Assembly: GCA_016462645.1 (NCBI GenBank)
Contig: JAEMSX010000001.1
Coordinates: forward strand, 1,999-65,998
DNA: 64,000 bases
Source: Thermoleophilaceae bacterium
GTDB lineage: Bacteria > Actinomycetota > Thermoleophilia > Solirubrobacterales > JACPNS01
Direction: 5' to 3'
The notes beneath the pieces are model-generated. The model saw only the letters and a list, made by a program, of their open reading frames with translations. It was not told the origin of the DNA and ran no database searches. The translations under genes and the position numbers were made by a program. Each line of letters starts with the position of its first letter. The stretch's first letter is position 1. Positions 32,134 to 41,029 of the stretch are shown here, piece by piece.

Positions 32134-32172
32134 GCGGCCAGAACGACTCCCCCAGGGGCGTGTTCTGGCCGC
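32134..32172. terminator. bidirectional hairpin between convergent MFS and beta-helix genes
   Basis: GCGGCCAGAAC-N17-GTTCTGGCCGC, an 11-bp perfect stem with an inner CCCC/GGGG pairing. It lies in the 131-nt convergent gap. Confidence 0.5.
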
Positions 32173-32230
32173 GGCACTTTGTATCCCCCGGAACAGCTCT
32201 GCCGGGGACGTGGAGAGAACCCGGGGGGCT

Positions 32231-34123
32231 CTACTTCAGCCTGATGTCCGTCGTCACAGGCTTGCCGGCGACATCATTGGGCGACAGCGGCGTGATCGTG
32301 ACGCGGTACCTACCGGCCTTCAACTTCTTGCCGCCGAAGAAGATCTTCACGGTGCCGTTTGAGACCTTGATCGTCTGGCTGCCCTTGATCCCGATCAGCT
32401 TCCTGCCCTTGAGACGCTTGAGCGTGAACTTCGCCTGCGCCGCTCCGGTGAAGATGACGCTGAAGCTGCGCTGGCCCTTCTTGGCCACGGAGAAGCCCTT
32501 CTTGCCGCGCTTGAACGCCTTCGTCGCCTTCGCGGCGATGCGGGCGGTCGGCAACGGGAGGATCGTGACGCCGGTCGTGGCGGTCGCGGTCAGACCGGAC
32601 TCGTCTGTGACGACGGCCGTGCCGGTGTGCAGGCCCGGCGTCGCAAAGCGGTGAACGGCGGAGCTGCCGCCGCCCCGCTCGCCGTCGTCGAAACTCCAGA
32701 CGACCGTGGAGGACTCGCCGTCGGCGTCGGCGGTGACGGCGGTGAATTCAACGGGGAAGAGCGTCTCGGCGGGTTGCGGCGACGCGGCGACCGAAAGCGT
32801 CGGCGGTGTGCGCTGGTACTCGAACGCGCCAAGATCCACAACGGCGCTGCCGTTGCCGTCGCCGTCGACAACTCGCGTTCTGCCGATCATGTCAAGCTCG
32901 GAAGGGCTGATGATCTCGCCCGCAAATCCTCGGTCGATCAGCGGTGAGTCGGGCTTCAGCCGGAAGTCTCCGGCGGCGAGGTCCCTGAATCCCGGATCCG
33001 TCGCCGACAGATCCGTCTTGTTGTTCTCAGTTGTGCTGCAGCCGCTCAGATCCAGATCCGCGCCCTTGGCGGCGTAGCTGTTGACGGTCGCGGTGAGCGA
33101 GACCGAGGTTCCGCCCTGGCATATGAGCGCGTTCGATGTCTCGCCCGCGGCATACAAGACCATGTCGAAGAACCCGCCAGTGAAGCTCTGATTGCCGGCA
33201 GCGCCGGCACCGATGGCGAGCGCTGTCTGGAACGGGCCGGTCCCGACGATCGTGACCCGCGAGACGTCGGCGAAGATGTCGGAGTTGCTGATGCCGTTGT
33301 ACGCATCGAGGCCCTGTGCTGCGTTCTGCGAGCCCATCTCGATCGCGGAGTTGGTGAGCTTGAACGAGCCGGTCGTGACCTCGACGCCGCGGCCGAAGCG
33401 GGTGATCCGCATCCGGTCGAACGATTTCACCCCAGCGGTGTTCGTGTCGATCAAGATTCCGCTCGAGCCGCCGCCCGGTCCGGTCATCGTGATCTCAGAG
33501 GCAGTGCCGGCACCATCGTCGCCGGATGCTCCGGAGGAATTCAGGTGAATGCCGACGCCGCTGCCTGAGGTCAGCGAAATCGATCCGCGCTTGGCGCTGG
33601 CCCCGGAGTCAAGTGCCAACGCGTGGAACCCGGACGCGAGCCCGCCGGGCTGCGCGACAGCGAAGTCGGTGAGTCCACCTTTGAAGACCTGAACGCCGGT
33701 GCCGCTACTGGGCGTGCCGGTGAAGTTCACCGTGAAACCGCTTGCGTCGCTGCCTGTCGTGGTGAAGTTGAGGGTGAGCAACGCGGCGCTTGCGACTGAG
33801 CCGATGAAAGTCGTCAGGCCGGCACCAGCGCCGACGATGTGGACGTCCTGCAGCGCAGCAAAAGTCGGATTCAATGGGGTTGCAAGGTTGTATGTACCGG
33901 CCGCCAGGAAGATCGTGTCCTCGCCGGACAGTGCGTTGGCAGCCGCGACGGCGTTGGTGATTCCCGTGGCGTCCGCGCTGAAGTTCGGCTCCGGGCTGCC
34001 GAGGCACGTCGGCACCGATCCGACGCAGAAGTTCGCCGCGGACGCCGCCGAGGGCAGAATCGCGAACGCGGCGAGGGTCAGGGCCAGAAGCAGTAGTCGA
34101 CGGCGCATCTTCTCAGCCAGCAT
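32231..34123 (-). CDS. secreted right-handed beta-helix protein with PKD-like domain and Lys-rich C-terminal domain
   Basis: 630 aa. Signal peptide ..LLLLALTLAAFAILPSAASA. Gly/Ser/Thr-rich beta-helix region ending ..DPGFRDLAAGDFRLKPDSPLIDRG..VVDGDGNGSAVVDLGAFEYQ. PKD-like ..VEFTAVTADADGESSTVVWSFDDG..HRFATPGLHTGTAVVTDESG... A 109-aa basic tail follows. Confidence 0.75.
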   Translation of the reverse strand: MLAEKMRRRLLLLALTLAAFAILPSAASAANFCVGSVPTCLGSPEPNFSADATGITNAVAAANALSGEDTIFLAAGTYNLATPLNPTFAALQDVHIVGAGAGLTTFIGSVASAALLTLNFTTTGSDASGFTVNFTGTPSSGTGVQVFKGGLTDFAVAQPGGLASGFHALALDSGASAKRGSISLTSGSGVGIHLNSSGASGDDGAGTASEITMTGPGGGSSGILIDTNTAGVKSFDRMRITRFGRGVEVTTGSFKLTNSAIEMGSQNAAQGLDAYNGISNSDIFADVSRVTIVGTGPFQTALAIGAGAAGNQSFTGGFFDMVLYAAGETSNALICQGGTSVSLTATVNSYAAKGADLDLSGCSTTENNKTDLSATDPGFRDLAAGDFRLKPDSPLIDRGFAGEIISPSELDMIGRTRVVDGDGNGSAVVDLGAFEYQRTPPTLSVAASPQPAETLFPVEFTAVTADADGESSTVVWSFDDGERGGGSSAVHRFATPGLHTGTAVVTDESGLTATATTGVTILPLPTARIAAKATKAFKRGKKGFSVAKKGQRSFSVIFTGAAQAKFTLKRLKGRKLIGIKGSQTIKVSNGTVKIFFGGKKLKAGRYRVTITPLSPNDVAGKPVTTDIRLK

Positions 34124-34214
34124 AATGGTGATGCAGATGGGTGTGCAGGAACTTCGCGCGGAGCGGCGCGTAGCCGTCCCCGGTCGATCCCAGCCGCAGC
34201 CAGCCGGCGCTCGG

Positions 34215-36098
34215 TCAGCGCTTGAGCTTGAGGGTCAGCGTCACCGGGGTGCCCGAAACGCCTGTGGAATCCAGGGGCGCGATCGTCACCTTGTAGGTGC
34301 CGGGCTTGAGCTGCTTCTTGTTCCAGAAACCTGCGAACGTGAACTTGTTGGTCCCGCTCTTCACCTTCAGGGTCTGCGAGCCGCGCTGTTTTGCGATCTT
34401 GAAACGCGCTCCCACGGCGTCGGCGAAGGTCACGGAGAAGGTCGGCGATCCCTTGGTCACGACGGCAAATCCCTTCTTGCCGGCCTTGAATGCCTTCTTC
34501 GGCTTGGCCGCGATGCGTGCGGTCGGGGCCACCCGAGGAAACGGATTGACAGTGACGACGGCCACGGCAGTCGACTTCGCTTCGGCTTGATCGATCGCCG
34601 TGAGCGTTGCCGTGTGCTGACCCACTGCGGCGAACGCGTGACTCACCGAGCTCACGTTCCCGGCGCTCGCACCGTCGTCGAAACTCCACGCGAGAGTGAC
34701 CTCTTCGCCCTCGGCGTCGCTCACTGCGGCGTTGAAAGCAATCGGCGCGCCGGGCAGAACAGATGTCGCCGACGCAGAGATCGAAACCTGCGGCGCGGCG
34801 CGCTGGTACTCGAAGGCACCAAGGTCGGTCTTGACGGTTCCGTCGCCATCGCCGTCAACTGCGCGCCTGCCGCCCGCCAAGTCCTGGTCGGAGTCGGCGA
34901 GCGTGCCTGCCGTTGAACCCTTGTCGATCAGTGGTGAAGTGCGCACGAGCCGGTAGTCGCCGGCCGCTGCGTTGCGGAACCCGGGATCGACGAACAGCAG
35001 CTCGGTGAATTTGCCCGTCTCGAAGCTGAAACCACAACCGGTGTCGACCTGCCAACTGCCGATCGCCGCGAAGAAGCCGAGGTCCATGAAGGCGGTGTTC
35101 ACGCTGCTGGACGCGCCGCGACAGTCGAATGCGCTGTAGGTCGAGACCCCCGAATCAGACACCCAGGTGACGACGTCGGAGACTCTGGCGTTGAGACCCG
35201 AAGGCAGATCGGCCGAATAGAGGCTCAGGCCGGTCTGGTCCGTCCCGCTGCCGACGATCGTCACCCGCTCCACGTTCAAGTCGATCGTCTTGCCGTCGTA
35301 CGCCTCCGCGGCGACACCGAAACCGCTGGCTGCGGCGCCCAGATCGATCAGCGAGTCGGTCAGCGTGACCTTCTTCTCCCCGACACTCAGACCAGTGGTG
35401 AACCCCTTGATCTTCACGTGGTGAAAGTTGAGTTCAGTGTCGGGCTCGCTGCTGTTCACATAGATTCCGGTGCCGGTGTTGCTCGGCGTGGACGTCCTGA
35501 CATCGAGGTTGTATGCGGTCCCGGATTTGTAGTCGGCGTGGATGCCGATTCCGCCGTAGGTCGCGAGATCGATCGTGCCGTCGTGGGCCGTTCCGCCCCA
35601 CCCGATTTCGAGGCCGCTGAAGCCGGCTGAATTGCTGGGAGAGTCCTCGAACTTCTCGACCGCGAAGTCGCTGACGTTGGAGCGCATGACTGACAGTCCC
35701 GATCCGTTCGCGGAAGGCGCATCCACGCGGACCGTGAAGCCGCCCGCCCTGGACCCCGGCTCACCGACGATCGACAACACGTCCTGGCCGGGATACGCAC
35801 CTTGGAAGATCGTCTGCCCGACGCCCGCACCGACGATCGTGGTATCGGAAGCCGGAACGAGGGTCAGCGGTTCAATCAGATCGAATACGTGGGGAGCGAC
35901 CACAACGCTGTCGGCGCCGGGATTCGCGTCGGCGGCATCTTCCGCGCTGATGATCCCAGCGGTGCTCAGGCCGTAGGTTGCAACCGGGCAGCGCGGGAGA
36001 CTCACTCCGACGCAGAAGTCTCCTGCCATCGCGCCCGGCGCGGTCAGGCCAAGTGCGGTTGCAGCGACCAACCCGACGAGCAGCGAGCGAAGCTTCAT
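34215..36098 (-). CDS. secreted right-handed beta-helix / PKD protein, tandem paralogue
   Basis: 627 aa with the same architecture. Signal ..LVAATALGLTAPGAMA, ..DPGFRNAAAGDYRLVRTSPLIDKG..AVDGDGDGTVKTDLGAFEYQ, PKD-like ..IAFNAAVSDAEGEEVTLAWSFDDG..HAFAAVGQHTATLTAIDQAE.., and a 110-aa basic tail collinear with the neighbour. Confidence 0.75.
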   Translation of the reverse strand: MKLRSLLVGLVAATALGLTAPGAMAGDFCVGVSLPRCPVATYGLSTAGIISAEDAADANPGADSVVVAPHVFDLIEPLTLVPASDTTIVGAGVGQTIFQGAYPGQDVLSIVGEPGSRAGGFTVRVDAPSANGSGLSVMRSNVSDFAVEKFEDSPSNSAGFSGLEIGWGGTAHDGTIDLATYGGIGIHADYKSGTAYNLDVRTSTPSNTGTGIYVNSSEPDTELNFHHVKIKGFTTGLSVGEKKVTLTDSLIDLGAAASGFGVAAEAYDGKTIDLNVERVTIVGSGTDQTGLSLYSADLPSGLNARVSDVVTWVSDSGVSTYSAFDCRGASSSVNTAFMDLGFFAAIGSWQVDTGCGFSFETGKFTELLFVDPGFRNAAAGDYRLVRTSPLIDKGSTAGTLADSDQDLAGGRRAVDGDGDGTVKTDLGAFEYQRAAPQVSISASATSVLPGAPIAFNAAVSDAEGEEVTLAWSFDDGASAGNVSSVSHAFAAVGQHTATLTAIDQAEAKSTAVAVVTVNPFPRVAPTARIAAKPKKAFKAGKKGFAVVTKGSPTFSVTFADAVGARFKIAKQRGSQTLKVKSGTNKFTFAGFWNKKQLKPGTYKVTIAPLDSTGVSGTPVTLTLKLKR

Positions 36099-36249
36099 CG
36101 ATTCAGATTACTAATCAGTATTCAAAGTCATTTTTCGCAATTTGCGGGATGTCTTCAAACACCCGCAAAACCTGCATGGAAAGCGACAAAACGCCGCCCT
36201 CCGTCTCGATACGCTCAGACCTCACTCGGTCCTCGGAAGGAGCCACACC

Positions 36250-36483
36250 TTGGCCGTCAAAGCCACCGTCCTGATCCGTCCCAAAGAAGGCATCCTCGAC
36301 CCTCAGGGCGAGGCCGTCGAGAACGCACTTCCCGCGCTGGGATTCTCCGGCGTCAGCCACGTACACGTTGGTCGCCTGGTCGAGCTTGAGATCGAGGACC
36401 CCTCGCAGCTGGAGTCGATGTGCGAGAAGCTGCTCGCAAATCCGCTGATCGAGGACTACGAGGTCGTGACCGCCTCCGCATGA
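36250..36483 (+). CDS. purS: phosphoribosylformylglycinamidine synthase subunit PurS
   Basis: TTG start at 36250, preceded by GGAAGGAG 6 nt upstream. 77 aa: (M)AVKATVLIRPKEGILDPQGEAVENAL..LANPLIEDYEV... Its stop overlaps the purQ ATG. Confidence 0.8.
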   Translation: MAVKATVLIRPKEGILDPQGEAVENALPALGFSGVSHVHVGRLVELEIEDPSQLESMCEKLLANPLIEDYEVVTASA

Positions 36484-37154
36484 CCAGGTTCGGGATTCCA
36501 CAGTTCCCCGGCTCCTGCGACGAGACCGACACTCTGCTGGCCTGCAGCCGCGTCGGCGAAGCGGAGCTGCTCTGGCACAAGGACAAGGACCTCAAGGGCG
36601 TCGACGTCGTCGTCGTGCCCGGCGGCTTCTCGTACGGCGACTACCTGCGCGTCGGTGCGATCCCGCCGTTCTCGCCGGTCATGCAGGCCGTCAAGGAGTT
36701 CGCCGCTGAGGGCGGGCTCGTGCTCGGAATCTGCAACGGCTTCCAGGTGCTCACCGAAGCGGGCCTGCTTCCGGGCGCGCTGCTGCCGAACGTCAATCTT
36801 GCCTTCACCTGCCGCCAGGTGGATCTGGTCGTCGAGAACGTCGAGACGCCACTGACGCACGAGTTCGCCCCGACCGAGCGGATCTCAGTCCCTGCCAAGC
36901 ACACGACCGGCCGCTACTTCGCCCCGACCGAGATGCTCAACGCGCTCGAGGCCGAGGGCCAGATCATCCTGCGCTACGCCGAGGGCCACAACTTCAACGG
37001 CTCGGTCAACGACATCGCCGGCGTCTGCAACGAGCGGCGCAACGTCTTCGGCCTGATGCCCCACCCCGAGCACGCGGTCGATCCGCTGACCGGCTCGGAC
37101 GACGGACTGAAACTCTTCTCATCGCTTGCGAGCGCTGCGGGGGTTCCGGCATGA
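36480..37154 (+). CDS. purQ: phosphoribosylformylglycinamidine synthase glutaminase subunit PurQ
   Basis: 224 aa. ..VVVPGGFSYGDYLR.., ..LGICNGFQVL.. (catalytic Cys), ..LMPHPEH... ATGA overlaps at both ends. Confidence 0.92.
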   Translation: MTRFGIPQFPGSCDETDTLLACSRVGEAELLWHKDKDLKGVDVVVVPGGFSYGDYLRVGAIPPFSPVMQAVKEFAAEGGLVLGICNGFQVLTEAGLLPGALLPNVNLAFTCRQVDLVVENVETPLTHEFAPTERISVPAKHTTGRYFAPTEMLNALEAEGQIILRYAEGHNFNGSVNDIAGVCNERRNVFGLMPHPEHAVDPLTGSDDGLKLFSSLASAAGVPA

Positions 37155-39445
37155 CGACCGCGCAAGCTCCGCACATCGCCCTTGGCCTCACTGACCCCGA
37201 GTTCGAGCTGATCGTGGAGAAGATGGGCCGCGAGCCCAACGCCACCGAGCTCGCGATGTTCAGCCTGATGTGGTCTGAGCACTGCTCCTACAAGCACAGC
37301 AAGAAGATCCTCGGGCAGCTGCCCGTCGAGGGACCGCACCTATTGATGGGTCCGGGCGAGAACGCCGGCGCCGTGACCGTGGGCGACGGACTGGCGATCG
37401 CCTTCAAGGTCGAGTCGCACAACCACCCGTCTGCGGTCGAGCCGTTCCAGGGCGCGGCCACCGGAGTCGGCGGAATCCTGCGCGACATCTTCGCCGTCGG
37501 TGCCCGCCCGATCGCCGTGCTCGACTCACTGCGCTTCGGCGAGCTCTCGAGCCAGCGCTCGCGCTACCTCGCCGACCAGGCCGTGGCAGGCATCGGCCAC
37601 TACGGCAACTCGATCGGCGTCCCGACTATCGGTGGCGAGATCTACTTCGAGAGCCCGTACGAGCAGAACTGCCTCGTGAACGCGATGGCGCTGGGCCTTG
37701 CCCCGGTCGACCAGTTGATCAAGAGTGCTGCGGCCGGAGTTGGCAATCACCTCGTCCTCTTCGGCGCCTCGACCGGCCGCGACGGCATCGGCGGCGCGTC
37801 CGTTCTTGCCAGCGCCGAGCTCGGCGACGATGACGGATCCAAACGCCCGACAGTCCAGGTCGGCGACCCGTTTGAAGAGTCGAAGCTCGTTGAGTGCTGC
37901 CTCGAGCTGCTGGGCAAGGATCTGCTCGCATCGCTTCAGGACCTCGGCGCGGCCGGGCTGACCAGCGCTTCGTCAGAGATGGCAAGCAAGGGCGAGGTCG
38001 GCCTCGACATCCACGTCGACCGCGTGCCGCTGCGCGAGCAGGGCATGGAGCCGTTCGAGATCATGGTCAGCGAGTCACAGGAGCGCATGCTCTGCGTCGT
38101 GACTCCGGAACTGCTCGACGAGGTTCTCAGCGTCTGCGACAAATGGGACCTCCACCACGCCGTCATCGGCGAGGTCACAGACACCCGCCACATGAAGATC
38201 TACGAGAACGGCGAACTCGTCGGCGACATGCCGGTGCCGGCGCTCGTGGACGACTGCCCGGTCTACACGCTCGCGCCCGAAGAGCCGACCGAGCAGATCT
38301 ATCCCGCGCCGTCAGTTGACTCTGAGGCCGCGCGCGCAGCGCGGGCTGCATTCGACGACAACGCGCAAGGCATTCTCACCGCGCTGCTTGCCAGTGACAA
38401 CATCTCCAGTCGTCGCCACTACTTCGAGCGCTACGACTGCATCGTCGGCTCGCGCACGACCAAGCGACCCGAGCAGGCAGAGGCCGCGGTCCTCCACCTC
38501 TGGAAGCAGAACGAATCCGGCGCGCCGATCCCCGGGCCGAGCATCGCCGTCAGCATCGACGGCTCCGGCCGCAAGGTCGCCGCGGACCCGTACCGCGGCA
38601 CGATCGGCAACGTGCTCGAGTGCGCCGCGAACATCGCCTGCGTCGGCGGTGAGCCGCTCGGCCTGACCAACTGCCTGAACTTCGGCAACCCCGAAAAGCC
38701 GCACATCGCCTGGCAGCTGACCGAATCGGTCAAAGGCATGCGCGATGCCTGCAACGCGCTGAAGCTGCCGGTCGTCGGTGGCAACGTCTCGCTCTACAAC
38801 CAGAGCGCCGACGGCCCGATCTACCCGACGCCCGTCGTGGGCATCGTTGGCGGCGTTCCCGACCCGGCAGTCGTCGCCACCAACACGTTTGCCGAGGAAG
38901 AGCTCTTCGTCGGGCTGATCGGACCGTTCGAGCCGACGCTCGCGGCATCCGAGCTCGCCAAGCTGATCGGCGACGAGCTGCCCACGCGCCTGCCGGATCT
39001 CGATCTTGCAAAGCACGCCGAGTCGCTCACGCTCGTCCGCGACGCGGTACGTGCCGGGACGATCAAGGTTGCTCGCGACATCTCAGAGGGCGGCCTCGCA
39101 ACGGCGCTCGCCGAATGCTCGCTCGGTGGCGTCGGCGCGACGATCGACATCGCGCCATTGGTCGAGCGGGTCAGCCGCGCCTACCCAGACGCAGAGCCGC
39201 ATCAACATGCCCGCACCGCACTTTTCGGCGAAGGCCCCGGCGGAATCGTCGTCGCCGGCAGCCGCGAGGACCTGCTCGCGCTTTCGAATTCTGCTGCAAG
39301 CATGGGCTTTCTGGCGCTCGGAACGACCGGTGGACAACTGTTGACCATCTCCGACCCCACTGGTACCTTGAAAGAAGTCTCACTACCTGCAAGCGAGATT
39401 CAGCGCATTCACGGCGGAGCGCTGTCGGAACGAGTTTCCAGTTGA
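37151..39445 (+). CDS. purL: phosphoribosylformylglycinamidine synthase subunit PurL
   Basis: 764 aa. ..FSLMWSEHCSYKHSK.., ..VESHNHPSAVEPFQGAATGVGGILRD... Confidence 0.95.
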   Translation: MTTAQAPHIALGLTDPEFELIVEKMGREPNATELAMFSLMWSEHCSYKHSKKILGQLPVEGPHLLMGPGENAGAVTVGDGLAIAFKVESHNHPSAVEPFQGAATGVGGILRDIFAVGARPIAVLDSLRFGELSSQRSRYLADQAVAGIGHYGNSIGVPTIGGEIYFESPYEQNCLVNAMALGLAPVDQLIKSAAAGVGNHLVLFGASTGRDGIGGASVLASAELGDDDGSKRPTVQVGDPFEESKLVECCLELLGKDLLASLQDLGAAGLTSASSEMASKGEVGLDIHVDRVPLREQGMEPFEIMVSESQERMLCVVTPELLDEVLSVCDKWDLHHAVIGEVTDTRHMKIYENGELVGDMPVPALVDDCPVYTLAPEEPTEQIYPAPSVDSEAARAARAAFDDNAQGILTALLASDNISSRRHYFERYDCIVGSRTTKRPEQAEAAVLHLWKQNESGAPIPGPSIAVSIDGSGRKVAADPYRGTIGNVLECAANIACVGGEPLGLTNCLNFGNPEKPHIAWQLTESVKGMRDACNALKLPVVGGNVSLYNQSADGPIYPTPVVGIVGGVPDPAVVATNTFAEEELFVGLIGPFEPTLAASELAKLIGDELPTRLPDLDLAKHAESLTLVRDAVRAGTIKVARDISEGGLATALAECSLGGVGATIDIAPLVERVSRAYPDAEPHQHARTALFGEGPGGIVVAGSREDLLALSNSAASMGFLALGTTGGQLLTISDPTGTLKEVSLPASEIQRIHGGALSERVSS

Positions 39446-40956
39446 CCTCAACGGATTTTTTCGAGGATCGTGACGGTCCACGCGACGAATGTGGCGTGTT
39501 CGGTATCTACGCACCCGAACTCGATGTCGCCCGCCTGACCTACTTCGCGCTCTACGCGCTCCAGCACCGCGGACAGGAGTCAGCGGGAATCGCCTCTTCT
39601 GACGGCTCGCACATCATCACGCTGCGCGACACCGGTCTTGTCAGCCAGGTCTTTGACGAGGAGAAGCTGCGCGGACTGACCGGAAACATGTCGGTCGGCC
39701 ACGTCCGCTACTCGACCACGGGATCTTCCGGTTGGGAAAACACCCAGCCGATCTACCGCGCCGACCACCACATGATCGCGCTGGCGCACAACGGCAACCT
39801 GATCAACGCCGTCGAGCTCCACGCCGAACTGCGCGAAGAGGGCATCACTTTCCGCTCGACCAGCGACAGCGAGATCATCGCCGCGCTCGTCTCGAACTCC
39901 ACCGCCGAAACGATCGCGGACGCCGTCGCCGAGATCATGCCCCGCCTCGCCGGAGCATTCTCCACGGTCATCTGCAACAAGGAGATGGTCGTCGGCTTCC
40001 GCGACCCGAACGGTCTGCGCCCGCTGGCGCTCGGTCAGATCCCGACTCCCGATGGCGGTGCCCGCTACTGCTTCGCCTCCGAGTCAAGCGCGTTCGACAT
40101 CATCGGCGCGAAGTTCCTGCGCGAGGTCGAGCCCGGCGAAATGATCGCGCTCACAGAGGGCGGCATGGAAGTGACGATGGTCGTGCCCGGCGAGCGCAAG
40201 GCGTTCTGCGTTTTCGAGCACATCTACTTCGCCCGCCCGGACACGCACCTCGAGGGCCAGCTCGTCCAGCAGTCGCGCGGACGTATGGGCGAGATCCTCT
40301 GGCGCGAGGCGCCGGTTGAGGCCGACATGGTCGTCGCAGTTCCGGACTCGGGCAACCCCGCCGCCAAGGGCCTCTCGCGCGCGTCGGGCATCCCGATGGA
40401 CGACGGCTTGATCAAGAACCGTTACGTCGGCCGCACTTTCATCCAGCCCGGCCAGGAGCTGCGCAAGCTCGGCCTGCGCATGAAGTTCACGCCGCTGCCG
40501 GAGATCGTCTCCGGTCAGCGCCTGATCGTCGTCGACGACTCGATCGTCCGCGGCAACACGACGCGCCAGATCATCGGGATGTTGAAGGAAGCCGGCGCCG
40601 CCGAAGTGCACCTGCGCATCAGCGCCCCGCCGATCCGCAACAGCTGCCACTACGGCATCGACATGAGCACAAACGAGCAGATGATCGCCTACGGCCGCAC
40701 GGTCGAGGAGATCGCCGCCGAACTCGGGGCCGACTCGCTGGCGTACATCTCACTCGAAGGCGTCTACGAAGCGATCCGCGGAGAACGCGGCGAGCATTGC
40801 GACGCCTGCTTCTCCGGCGAGTACCCGTTGGCCGACACCGACCGCGCCACGGGCAAGTTCGCGCTGGAAGAGCTGTCGCCGCTGCCACAGGCGACGAACG
40901 GCAATGGCGCACACGAACCGGTGGCCGCGCTTGAAACCGTCTCGCCGATTCAGTAG
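39442..40956 (+). CDS. purF: amidophosphoribosyltransferase
   Basis: TTG at 39442 overlaps the purL TGA and is chosen over the ORF-track start at 39115, which overlaps purL out of frame. Propeptide then nucleophile Cys in ..DECGVFGIY... PRPP motif ..LIVVDDSIVRGNT... C-terminal Cys residues (..CHYGID.., ..CDACFSGEYP..) are consistent with an Fe-S type PurF. Confidence 0.9.
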   Translation: MTSTDFFEDRDGPRDECGVFGIYAPELDVARLTYFALYALQHRGQESAGIASSDGSHIITLRDTGLVSQVFDEEKLRGLTGNMSVGHVRYSTTGSSGWENTQPIYRADHHMIALAHNGNLINAVELHAELREEGITFRSTSDSEIIAALVSNSTAETIADAVAEIMPRLAGAFSTVICNKEMVVGFRDPNGLRPLALGQIPTPDGGARYCFASESSAFDIIGAKFLREVEPGEMIALTEGGMEVTMVVPGERKAFCVFEHIYFARPDTHLEGQLVQQSRGRMGEILWREAPVEADMVVAVPDSGNPAAKGLSRASGIPMDDGLIKNRYVGRTFIQPGQELRKLGLRMKFTPLPEIVSGQRLIVVDDSIVRGNTTRQIIGMLKEAGAAEVHLRISAPPIRNSCHYGIDMSTNEQMIAYGRTVEEIAAELGADSLAYISLEGVYEAIRGERGEHCDACFSGEYPLADTDRATGKFALEELSPLPQATNGNGAHEPVAALETVSPIQ

Positions 40957-41029
40957 TTTCGACTGGACTCTTCGTTCTATCGCCAACGCGCGGCGGCAAC
41001 CCCGCCATGCACCCGGAAGGAAGTTCCAC

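Noticed and set aside
39115-39441. 109-aa N-terminal extension of the purF ORF. There are similar over-extensions for purB (20284-20457), the AlkA-like gene (25730-26167), the zinc-ribbon gene (30015-30362), the MFS gene (30570-30650), P2 (53536-53844) and the flippase-like gene (24146-24448).
   Set aside because: The extensions overlap neighbouring genes out of frame or have non-protein-like composition. Internal starts give canonical N-termini or signal peptides.
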